Below the pieces are notes generated by a model, which saw only the letters and a list, made by a program, of their open reading frames with translations, was not told the origin of the DNA and did no database searches. Made by a program: the position numbers and the translations under genes. Below are positions 7,977 to 16,395 of a stretch of DNA of 42,132 nt, piece by piece. Every line of letters begins with the position of its first letter. Positions within the stretch are counted from its first letter, which is position 1. The DNA is taken from sequence record MN850608.1, one strand, 5' to 3'. The stretch comes from Escherichia phage megetsur.

Positions 7977-8649
7977 TGCCGAAGTCAAGCGCGTGTGGGC
8001 AGAAGATATCTGCCGTCTGCTGCAATCCGAAGAACTGAACTTCGTGGTTGCCGGGGGAGGGGCAAGGGATACCGCGCTGGGTGTTGAGCCGAAGGACTAT
8101 GACATTGTGGTCTTCGGTTGGGGTAGCGACATAAGCCGTGTGGTTGGCCGACTGGACTGGCTGGACTCCAGACTGGAGGACTATGCCAAGCAGCACAACC
8201 TGCCGTACGAGTTCATGCCGAGCTACCACGACGCGAGCGAAGGCGGCGACTTCGGTTCCCGTCTGTATGGTGTGTTCAAGTTAGGCCCGGTCGATATCAT
8301 CGTGAGCAAGTGTGGCTGTTGGTCACAGGTACTGGGTGAGTTCGACTTCAACCTGAACCAGTTCTACTTCCCGTCCAGTATCCCGCGATACTCCGGGCAG
8401 TACAGCCGAGACCCCGGCGAGTTCATGGCTTACCCGTATGAGCCGAAGCTGACCGCCGACGATGTGCAGTGGTATCCGGCGCTGGCCAGTCTGGTTGGAA
8501 GCTATGACGACCTGCTGACGCTCCGTGTCTGCCGACCGGATGCCAGCCTGAGTCGCATGGCCTACATGCTGGAGAAGCATGAGAAGCTGCTGCCGTCTAT
8601 TCAGGAGTACGTGAACAATAAGCCTGACCACTTAGGTGGCCAAGCGTAG
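7966..8649 (+). CDS. Pol-beta superfamily nucleotidyltransferase, CCA-adding enzyme / poly(A) polymerase head-domain-like
   Basis: VVAGGGARDTALGVEPKDYDIVVFG matches the GGxxRD...DxD signature at the N-terminus of E. coli CCA-adding enzyme; 227 aa, head domain only. Confidence 0.6.
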   Translation: MTSNAEVKRVWAEDICRLLQSEELNFVVAGGGARDTALGVEPKDYDIVVFGWGSDISRVVGRLDWLDSRLEDYAKQHNLPYEFMPSYHDASEGGDFGSRLYGVFKLGPVDIIVSKCGCWSQVLGEFDFNLNQFYFPSSIPRYSGQYSRDPGEFMAYPYEPKLTADDVQWYPALASLVGSYDDLLTLRVCRPDASLSRMAYMLEKHEKLLPSIQEYVNNKPDHLGGQA

Positions 8650-8659
8650 CGGAGGACTG

Positions 8660-11125
8660 ATGGCAATTAGAGCACAGGTGATTGACGTTGAGACCGAGAA
8701 CCACGAGTGGTATGGGGAGCTGGCATCGCCGCGCTGCCCGGATAACTACGTGGTGATGCAGGGCCAGCGTGACTGTGTGCTGACCAAGGATGGCTGGGTG
8801 TTCTACGAGCGCGAGGAATATCGGTACAGTTCGAGAGAGGATTGGTTGCAGAACAAGAGCCTGCACCTGCATCCCGACACGAACATTCTGGTAGCCCACA
8901 ACGCGCCGTATGAATTGAGTTGGTGGTTCGAGCATTACGGTGACGAGTTCATCGCCTTCCTCAAACGAGGTGGCCGTGTATTCTGTACGGCGTATGCTGA
9001 GTATCTGCTGACGCACCAACAATCCCAGTACCCATCCTTGAACGAGACAGCACCGAAGTATGGTGGTACTCACAAGGTGGATGCAGTCAAGGCAATGTGG
9101 GAGTCGGGATACCTGACCAGCCAGATTGACCCTGAGCTGCTGAGCGAATATCTGTCCGGGCCGTCCGGCGATATTGAGAACACGACCAAGCTGTTCGTTG
9201 GTCAGTGGGCTGAGCTGACGAAGCAGGGCATGTTGCCAATGGCACTGACCCGGTTCGAAGGTATGCTCATGTGGGCGTACATGATGCACGCTGGTCTGCA
9301 CGTTGACCGCGAGGTTGCCGAGCGCAACCGCCGTGAGTTGCAAGATGCAATCAGTGGGCTGACTGATACGCTGCTGAGTTACCTGCCAGCCGACATGCCA
9401 CAGGAAGCGCGTGACCAGTTCAAGTTCACGTCAGCTTACCACATGAGTGCGTTCGTGTTCGGCGGCGTGATGAAGTACAAGGCGCGAGTCGAGCGCCGGG
9501 ATGGGGATGGCAATCTCATTTACGTCAAGGTGGATGCACCACTGTTCAAGCGTGGCAAGGACAAGTGGGTCAAGCATACCAACGAGTGCGAGTGGGATGC
9601 CGAGACCGGGCTATGGTATGACCCGGTTGAGAAGGTACACCAGACCATCTACACCAGTGGGAAGAACAAGGGTGCGCCCAAGTTCGAGAAGCTGGCAACG
9701 GATGAAGTGGATACCAAGTGGGGTGAGGTGCTGTTCCGAATGCCGGGCCTCCTGCGTGTGCAGGACAAACGGGCGAAGGAGATTGCAGATAACCTCGAAT
9801 GGGAAGACCCGAAGCGACCGGGCGAATACCTACGGCGCACGGGTGACTGGGTTGGTAAGCGCAGGCTTGCCGATGGCAGTCCGGTATTCAGTACGGCGGG
9901 TGAGGTGCTGGACATTCTGGCAGCGCGTAAGATTCCCGGCGTGGTGGAGATTGCCGACCGAGCCAAGGCACAGAAAGACCTCGGCACTTACTACCTGAGC
10001 GAGACGTTCGATGAAGATGGGAACGTGACTGGCCAGTCGGGGATGATGCAGTTCATCCAGCCGGACGGTATCGTACACCACACCATCAACATGACCGCGA
10101 CGGAGACGACGCGCCTATCATCGGCGCGACCTAACAGTCAGAACTTGCCACGTAAAGGCACGAGTAAAGTTAAGCAGATGTTCACCTCCCGCTTTGGTGA
10201 AGGTGGCCGCATCGTTGAGGCTGACTACTCGGCACTGGAAGTGGTGGGGCTGGCCGGGTTCAGCAAGGATAAGAACCTGATTCGTGCATTGCTCGACGGT
10301 ATCGACATGCACTGTATGCGTCTGTCAGCTCAGCTCAACGAGCCATACGAGGACGTGCTTAAGAAGTGCAAGGATGAATCCCATCCTGACCATGCACGAT
10401 ATAGTCAGATGCGTACTGACATTAAGCCGAAGGCGTTCTCATATCAGTATGGTGCAACAGCGCGAGGCATTGCGTACTCGACTGGTTGCTCTGAGGAAGA
10501 AGCTCAAGCGTTCATCGACAACGAGAAGGGTCTGTTCCCGGAAGTTGAAGAATGGTTCGACTCGGTTATCTTCCCAGCCGTAGAGAAAAGTGGACAGAGC
10601 AATGTGTTCAAGGAGCAGGACGAGAACGGAAGATGGCAGGTGTATCGCCGTGGTCACTTCCGGTCGCCGGGTGGAACTTGTTATTCATTCCGTCAGTACG
10701 AGAAATGGAACAAGGCGGCGCGTGCTCACCTGATGGAATACAAACCAACTCAGATGCGTAACTATCCGATTCAGGGTGAGACCGCATTTTGGGTACAGGG
10801 AATCGGTGGCCTGCTGTTCCGCTGGCTGCTATCGAACGACTTCTTTGGTGGGCGTGTGGTTCCCATCAACCAAGTGCATGACGCATTCTATTTCGACATT
10901 GCACCTGACTGCCCTCACGAGTTCTTCGTTGGACTCAAGGCAATCATGGAGAGCATCCCGGAATACTATAACCACGTATGGCCAGAGTATAACCTGACAG
11001 TGCCGTTCCCGGCAGAGGTGGAAGCAGGGCCAAGCATGTACGAGAAGCACCACGTAGAGACGACAGCCGATGAAGTGCTGGAGTTTAAGAGACAATTCCT
11101 GACGAGTAAGGGTATCGCATTATGA
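8660..11125 (+). CDS. DNA polymerase, family A (T7 gp5-like)
   Basis: Motif A DYSALEV, motif B RTDIKPKAFSYQYG, motif C VHDA; alternative GTG start at 8636. Confidence 0.93.
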   Translation: MAIRAQVIDVETENHEWYGELASPRCPDNYVVMQGQRDCVLTKDGWVFYEREEYRYSSREDWLQNKSLHLHPDTNILVAHNAPYELSWWFEHYGDEFIAFLKRGGRVFCTAYAEYLLTHQQSQYPSLNETAPKYGGTHKVDAVKAMWESGYLTSQIDPELLSEYLSGPSGDIENTTKLFVGQWAELTKQGMLPMALTRFEGMLMWAYMMHAGLHVDREVAERNRRELQDAISGLTDTLLSYLPADMPQEARDQFKFTSAYHMSAFVFGGVMKYKARVERRDGDGNLIYVKVDAPLFKRGKDKWVKHTNECEWDAETGLWYDPVEKVHQTIYTSGKNKGAPKFEKLATDEVDTKWGEVLFRMPGLLRVQDKRAKEIADNLEWEDPKRPGEYLRRTGDWVGKRRLADGSPVFSTAGEVLDILAARKIPGVVEIADRAKAQKDLGTYYLSETFDEDGNVTGQSGMMQFIQPDGIVHHTINMTATETTRLSSARPNSQNLPRKGTSKVKQMFTSRFGEGGRIVEADYSALEVVGLAGFSKDKNLIRALLDGIDMHCMRLSAQLNEPYEDVLKKCKDESHPDHARYSQMRTDIKPKAFSYQYGATARGIAYSTGCSEEEAQAFIDNEKGLFPEVEEWFDSVIFPAVEKSGQSNVFKEQDENGRWQVYRRGHFRSPGGTCYSFRQYEKWNKAARAHLMEYKPTQMRNYPIQGETAFWVQGIGGLLFRWLLSNDFFGGRVVPINQVHDAFYFDIAPDCPHEFFVGLKAIMESIPEYYNHVWPEYNLTVPFPAEVEAGPSMYEKHHVETTADEVLEFKRQFLTSKGIAL

Positions 11126-12021
11126 CCGCATCTGTATTGAACCGCATGAACTCCATCGTCGAACAGTATGTTGACGAGGAAGAACTTGACTTTAACGAAG
11201 CCACGTCCGGTGGTGGTAAGCTGCTGCCGGAAGGTAAGGCACTGGCGCGACTGGTTGGCTACATTGAAGTGGGGCCGAGCGTGACCAAGCAGGCACCGGA
11301 CAAACCGCCTGTCAATAAGTTCTTCCTCCAGTTCGCCCTGTGGGGCAAGGCCAAGAACGGCGAGACTTACCATGAAGTTGTCAATGGTAAGATGGTGCCG
11401 GGCAAGGTGCGCACGCAGTTCATCGCTGTGAAGAAAGACCTGAACAGCAAGTCCGGCGCTTACAAACTGTTCAAGCGTATGAACCCGGATAAGACTGCGA
11501 AGCACTTCGCGCAGCTTCTGAACCACACCTTCATCGTTCCGATTATCCACAACGAATCGGGCGAGGGTGAGAACAAGAAGGTGTACGCCAACATCGACCT
11601 TGAGAACATCATGCTCGCGGTTGACCCGGTGACTGACCAGCCGTACCCGGTGCCGGAGGTTGAGGACGAGACGCTGTTCAAGCTGTTCCTGTGGAACCGT
11701 CCGACCAAGGAAGACTGGGAATCCCTGTACATCGAAGGCAAGAACGACGATGGCAAATCCAAGAACTGGATTCAGGACAAGCTGCTGGAATCTCCTGAGT
11801 TCCCCGGCTCTCCGCTTGACCTGCTGCTGAACGGCGCTGGTGCTGGCTCGGCAATCGCTGAGCTGCCGGAGCTGGGCGACGTGGGCCAGCCGGAGGAAGT
11901 GGCTGAGGTTAAGCAGGAAGTGCAGGAGCTGGCAACGGCTGGCGCGGCTGACAAGTCGGCAGCATCCAAGCCTGAGCCGGACGTGACTGGCGATGCTGAC
12001 TTCGGCCTGCCGAGTCTGTAA
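11122..12021 (+). CDS. hypothetical protein with acidic C-terminal tail
   Basis: 299 aa; C-terminus ...DADFGLPSL loosely recalls acidic-tail ssDNA-binding proteins (speculative). Confidence 0.5.
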   Translation: MTASVLNRMNSIVEQYVDEEELDFNEATSGGGKLLPEGKALARLVGYIEVGPSVTKQAPDKPPVNKFFLQFALWGKAKNGETYHEVVNGKMVPGKVRTQFIAVKKDLNSKSGAYKLFKRMNPDKTAKHFAQLLNHTFIVPIIHNESGEGENKKVYANIDLENIMLAVDPVTDQPYPVPEVEDETLFKLFLWNRPTKEDWESLYIEGKNDDGKSKNWIQDKLLESPEFPGSPLDLLLNGAGAGSAIAELPELGDVGQPEEVAEVKQEVQELATAGAADKSAASKPEPDVTGDADFGLPSL

Positions 12022-12056
12022 CTGACAATGGCACAGGGATGTGCCGTGGAGGATAC

Positions 12057-12254
12057 ATGCGAGAGTTAGAGCCGGGCGAGGTTATCGTTTACGACGAGCC
12101 TCGCGACATGTGCATGGTAATCAAAAGCCGCAGCGAGAAAGTTGAAATGAGCTACGACATGTTCTTCACTTTGAAGAAGATGATTGAGAACATGCTGATG
12201 GAGAGAGTGAATGAGCAGATTGAAACGCTTGCTTCACAATGCCGAGGAACTTGA
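12057..12254 (+). CDS. hypothetical small protein (65 aa)
   Basis: ATG 12057 after GGAGG; hairpin 12029-12044 upstream. Confidence 0.35.
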   Translation: MRELEPGEVIVYDEPRDMCMVIKSRSEKVEMSYDMFFTLKKMIENMLMERVNEQIETLASQCRGT

Positions 12255-13185
12255 TGACCAGTTTGATGGTTACGTGTCTGGTCGTATTCTGCTGTGTGAT
12301 GCTGACTCGACAGTCTACGTCGCGGCAGCAACCACGAAGAACATCGAGACGGCGAAGACACGATTCTGTTCCGGGGTACTGACTGCCAAGTTCCTCGCCA
12401 ATGCTCAGTCAGTTCGTATCGAGTTGACCGCTGCGGAGTGTACGAAAGCTGGACGGTACAAGCTGCGCGGGGCCAAGCTGTACCAAGGCAACCGAGACAA
12501 AGACCGCAAGCCCGGTCTGGTCGAGCCGTTGCGTAAAGCAATTGGCCGGAACATGTTCAACGTTCCTGATGGTGAGGACTGGTACGTTCACCTGAACTTT
12601 GAGTTCGAGGCTGACGACACCTTAATCATGGACGCATGGACGATTGGCATTAACGATGCAGTAATCTACAGCGCGGATAAAGACCTACGCTGCTGGCCGG
12701 GCAGGTTCCTCGACCCGTACGACAACAAGGTACTGGAGCCGTGCAAAGGTGTTGGCCGTCTGTGGTGGCACGAGACCAAGAGTGACAAGTCGCTGATTGG
12801 TCATGGGCCTATCTTCTTTTGGGCGCAGATGCTGATGGGTGACAGCGCCGACAACATCGCTGGTGTCAAGAAGATTGGTAAGCAGACAGCTTACGATATG
12901 CTGGTCGATTATCAGGAGACTGATGACGAGTCGGCTGTGGCTGAGTTCGTGCTCCGTGAGTACATGGTGCGCGACCAGAACCCATGGCCAGAAGCAGTGG
13001 CGTTGTGGCTGTACCGCACGCCGACCTACTCATTCGCAGCCCACCTCAATACGCTGACCTTGAGCAAGGAGCTGCGTGTCTGGCTGCATAAGAAATTGAA
13101 TGAGGAATGGTATGCGGAAAGTGACTGGCGCGACCTTGTTGCAGATGCGGAAGAATGCGATGGGCTGTCCTTGCCCACTCTGTAA
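12211..13185 (+). CDS. 5'-3' exonuclease (T7 gene 6 / FEN family)
   Basis: ILLCDADS, QGNRDKDRKP, EADDTLIMD, YSADKDLRCWP, GDSADNIAGV align with conserved blocks of T7 gp6. Confidence 0.85.
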   Translation: MSRLKRLLHNAEELDDQFDGYVSGRILLCDADSTVYVAAATTKNIETAKTRFCSGVLTAKFLANAQSVRIELTAAECTKAGRYKLRGAKLYQGNRDKDRKPGLVEPLRKAIGRNMFNVPDGEDWYVHLNFEFEADDTLIMDAWTIGINDAVIYSADKDLRCWPGRFLDPYDNKVLEPCKGVGRLWWHETKSDKSLIGHGPIFFWAQMLMGDSADNIAGVKKIGKQTAYDMLVDYQETDDESAVAEFVLREYMVRDQNPWPEAVALWLYRTPTYSFAAHLNTLTLSKELRVWLHKKLNEEWYAESDWRDLVADAEECDGLSLPTL

Positions 13186-13492
13186 CGAGCCGATGGTAGA
13201 CCTCAAGCTCATGGTGGTTGACCACGACCATGTGAGTGGGGAGATTCGCGGTGTCATCTGCCGCTGGTGTAATGCTCAGCTCGGCAAGGTAGAGAACTCT
13301 GCCAACCGAGCGAAGCGCCAGCGCACAGTTGATGACTGGCTGGACAGCGCCATCGAGTGGCGACGTAAGCAACACACTGGTCTGATGTACCCAACGCACA
13401 AGACCGAGGCAGAGAAGAAAGCGGCGACAGCCGAGAGACGTAAGAAGGCGGCAGCCGCGAAAGCGCGAGCCTTAATCACTAAGGGGAAATGA
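13160..13492 (+). CDS. recombination endonuclease VII-like (His-Me finger) Holliday-junction resolvase
   Basis: CPCPLC...DHDH...CRWCN; start 13160 chosen for GGAAG upstream; alternative starts at 13100, 13112 and 13145. Confidence 0.7.
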   Translation: MGCPCPLCNEPMVDLKLMVVDHDHVSGEIRGVICRWCNAQLGKVENSANRAKRQRTVDDWLDSAIEWRRKQHTGLMYPTHKTEAEKKAATAERRKKAAAAKARALITKGK

Positions 13493-14616
13493 TGACCAAG
13501 TTAACTAATCACCAACTCAAAGAAGACATTGCCGAAGGGCTTGGCACCAAGGCCATTGCTGAGAAGCATGACATGACCGAGAGCGCCATTCGATACCGGA
13601 AGCGCCAGCTTGCCAAGAGCGGCTGGAGTCCTGAGCACGACATGACGAAGGAAGTGCCGGAGCCGTATGCGGTGAAGGGTACGTCCACGCTGTACGATAA
13701 GGACGGCAACGTTGTCATGCAGTGGGTGAAGACGGCACTCGACCGTGAGCAGGAGCTGGCGCTGCTGCAAGAAGCTGTCGATGCAATTAGCGAGAGCATC
13801 ACCCCGGAAGCTGCCCGACCGTACGCCGGGGGCGCGGCACCTGCTGAGCTGCTGAACCTGTTCGTGCTGACTGACTACCACCTCGGTATGCTGGCGTGGG
13901 CAGAGGAAACTGGTGACGACTGGGATATGAAGATTGCGGAAGACCTGCTGGTCAAGTGGTTCTCGGCAGCGATTGCCAGTGCGCCGCCAGCACAGGTTGC
14001 CATCTTCGGCCAGCTCGGTGACTTCCTGCACTGGGATGGGTTGGATGCAGTAACGCCATCGAGTGGGCATGTGCTTGATGCTGACACGCGATTCCAGAAA
14101 CTGGTGCGTGTGGCTATCCGGGCGCAGCGCCGCATCATTGGTATGCTGCTGGAGAAGTTCCCGCAGGTTCACGTAGTGTGTGCCGAGGGCAACCACGACA
14201 TGGCCAGCTCAATCTGGATGCGTGAGCTGCTGCATGTACTGTACGCCGACGAGCCGCGTGTCACTGTTGACCGCAGCCCTGACCCGTACTACTGCTATGA
14301 GCATGGCGAGACGGCGCTGTTCTTCCACCATGGTCACAAGCGTAAGGCAGAACAACTGGAGACTGTACTGGTCGCCAAGTTCCGCGAAGTGTATGGCCGA
14401 ACCAAACATGCGTATGCACACGTTGGCCACCTGCATCACAAGAAGGTGCTGGAGTCTGGTGTCATGATTGTCGAGCAGCACCGTACGCTGGCGGCGAAGG
14501 ATGCCTATGCCTCTCGTGGTGGCTGGCTGAGTGAGCGCAGCGCGAGCGTGATTACTTATCATGCCCGGTACGGTGAGGTCGCACGATTCACCATTAGCCC
14601 GGAGATGTTGGAGTGA
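13489..14616 (+). CDS. calcineurin-like metallophosphoesterase with N-terminal HTH-like segment
   Basis: GDFLHWDG, GNHD and GHLHH motifs; N-terminal KAIAEKHDMTESAIRYRKRQL. Confidence 0.6.
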   Translation: MMTKLTNHQLKEDIAEGLGTKAIAEKHDMTESAIRYRKRQLAKSGWSPEHDMTKEVPEPYAVKGTSTLYDKDGNVVMQWVKTALDREQELALLQEAVDAISESITPEAARPYAGGAAPAELLNLFVLTDYHLGMLAWAEETGDDWDMKIAEDLLVKWFSAAIASAPPAQVAIFGQLGDFLHWDGLDAVTPSSGHVLDADTRFQKLVRVAIRAQRRIIGMLLEKFPQVHVVCAEGNHDMASSIWMRELLHVLYADEPRVTVDRSPDPYYCYEHGETALFFHHGHKRKAEQLETVLVAKFREVYGRTKHAYAHVGHLHHKKVLESGVMIVEQHRTLAAKDAYASRGGWLSERSASVITYHARYGEVARFTISPEMLE

Positions 14617-14837
14617 CAAGAACACTGTACCAAGAAGATGTGGTGCAGCTCAAAGAGGATGGCCTTTCCATTGAGTGGGAGGCCAACACTCAGGTCGAGC
14701 TGTATAAAGATGGCACCGTCTGCATTTCGCAGGACGGTGAGGAAGTCTGGTTGCCTTGGGCATATGTCCGGGATATTATTTTCGCTCTTGAGGAAGCACA
14801 CGATGCACATGAAAGACACCGTAGTAGTAGACCTTGA
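14613..14837 (+). CDS. hypothetical acidic protein (74 aa)
   Basis: GTG start overlapping the upstream stop. Confidence 0.4.
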   Translation: MTRTLYQEDVVQLKEDGLSIEWEANTQVELYKDGTVCISQDGEEVWLPWAYVRDIIFALEEAHDAHERHRSSRP

Positions 14838-15330
14838 CGGCACGCTGGCCGATGGCCGTTGGCGTTTACACCTGCTGCCTCCACCGGAGCGTCGGCACCT
14901 TGATGAAGCGTGGGCCGAGTTCAACTTGGCTGGCGCTGACGACCCTGCGTTTCAGGACACGATTGATATTGTGAACGCTCTGGCCCTCACGTATCGCATT
15001 ATCATCCTGACCGGACGCGGAGCCGTGGCCCGTGAAGTAACCGAGCAGTGGCTCGACGAAGCTGGTGTGGTTTACGACAAACTAATCATGAGAGAGATTG
15101 GCGACTGCCGTAAAGACACAGAGATGAAGCTGGCGGCGCTGGAGGACATTGGCATTGAGAACATCGTGTGTGCTTTCGACGACCTGCCGCACATCGTTGA
15201 CTTCATGCGTGGCCTCGGCATCACGGTCTATGAAGTGACTCGCTATGAGGATAACCATGAGTATGTTCATGCCAATGCTAAATACGATGGCGCTGATTCT
15301 AAGGTCGATGGAGGTAAGGCGAATGGGTAA
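14803..15330 (+). CDS. HAD-superfamily phosphatase (polynucleotide 3'-phosphatase-like)
   Basis: DLDGTLAD motif near the N-terminus; ATG 14803 with GAGG 9 nt upstream. Confidence 0.55.
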   Translation: MHMKDTVVVDLDGTLADGRWRLHLLPPPERRHLDEAWAEFNLAGADDPAFQDTIDIVNALALTYRIIILTGRGAVAREVTEQWLDEAGVVYDKLIMREIGDCRKDTEMKLAALEDIGIENIVCAFDDLPHIVDFMRGLGITVYEVTRYEDNHEYVHANAKYDGADSKVDGGKANG

Positions 15331-15901
15331 GAAAGGTCAGAAGTTTATCTTAGACCCGGCACGCAACTGGGGTACTGGCACGCTGCTGAGCGACATTGCT
15401 GAGCAAGGTATCATCCTGACGTACGACGAACCGTACGATGTGCCGAATGACAGCCGCGATTACTACACCTGCGTGAAGGATGGCAAGACCCACACTCTGG
15501 TACTGGAGCCATTCGAGGTGAAAGAAGTTGAGACTGCATTCATCCCGGTTGACCCGTACGACCCGGCCAGTGATGTTGAGGTGGCCGTGGCCAAGAGTGC
15601 CGGGCCGGGAGGTATGAAGTTCGACGGCGGCAAGCCCCGCATGTCACTGCTGTTCGATGGCTGCCCGAATGCACTGGAGGCTGTAGCCAGCGTGCTCACC
15701 TTCGGCGCTGAGAAGTATGCAGCCCACTCGTGGCAGACTGTGCCGGAAGGTGAGGAACGCTACAAGTCAGCACTGCTCCGTCACCTGACGGCGGTGGGTA
15801 AGGGTGAGGAACTGGATAGCGAATCCAACCTGCACCATCTGGCGCACGCTGCGTGCAATGCGCTGTTCATTCTGGAACTCGAATTAAGGAAACGCAAATG
15901 A
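15323..15901 (+). CDS. hypothetical protein; C-terminal all-alpha domain possibly nucleotide pyrophosphohydrolase-like
   Basis: ATG 15323 with GGAGG 7 nt upstream; the domain assignment is from memory and tentative. Confidence 0.4.
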   Translation: MGKKGQKFILDPARNWGTGTLLSDIAEQGIILTYDEPYDVPNDSRDYYTCVKDGKTHTLVLEPFEVKEVETAFIPVDPYDPASDVEVAVAKSAGPGGMKFDGGKPRMSLLFDGCPNALEAVASVLTFGAEKYAAHSWQTVPEGEERYKSALLRHLTAVGKGEELDSESNLHHLAHAACNALFILELELRKRK

Positions 15902-16104
15902 GTGTTTTACTTTGGATTGTAGCTGTGGTATGGTTTGCCCTGTTCTCTGTTGTCTGGCTGCGTGTGACCAGTACAACAAGACACACGTTGACAGGTCTGG
16001 TGCAGCAGGATTTATCCTGTGGGTATTCTTGGCTGTCATCCCTGCTATTCTGTTTGCCTGTCTTGCGTAGGAGATTGTATGAGTCGTTATCAAAGAGCCA
16101 TTGA
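15898..16104 (+). CDS. small membrane protein (68 aa), two hydrophobic segments
   Basis: ATG 15898 with AAGGA upstream; hydrophobic LLWIVAVVWFALFSVVWL and SWLSSLLFCLPVL, then RRRL. Confidence 0.4.
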   Translation: MSVLLWIVAVVWFALFSVVWLRVTSTTRHTLTGLVQQDLSCGYSWLSSLLFCLPVLRRRLYESLSKSH

Positions 16105-16393
16105 CGACACGGTGGTTGACCATAAAGTGTGTGGTGCCTGCATGGGTAGCGGCACCTACCGTGGCATGTTGATTGGTGGGCAGGTAGTCCTGATGGATTG
16201 CGAAGCCTGCGGCGGTACGGGTACGAATGACCCGACACTGCAACATTCTGTACTGAGTGACTTAGGCCAGCGCAAACAAGCGCAGCCGGGATATGACGAG
16301 CCGGGCAAGCCATCATACGGCGTAGGTCTCGTTGAGCAGTACGCCGAAGACGGCAAGCTGATTGAGCACCTGAGCAAACAAGTTAAGGAGTAG
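16079..16393 (+). CDS. DnaJ-type zinc-finger protein (CxxCxGxG repeats)
   Basis: CGACMGSG and CEACGGTG; ATG 16079 with AGGAG upstream. Confidence 0.5.
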   Translation: MSRYQRAIDDTVVDHKVCGACMGSGTYRGMLIGGQVVLMDCEACGGTGTNDPTLQHSVLSDLGQRKQAQPGYDEPGKPSYGVGLVEQYAEDGKLIEHLSKQVKE

Positions 16394-16395
16394 TC

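Noticed and set aside
8597-9343. Minus-strand ORF of 248 codons
   Set aside because: Antisense to the DNA polymerase gene, which carries clear family A motifs.
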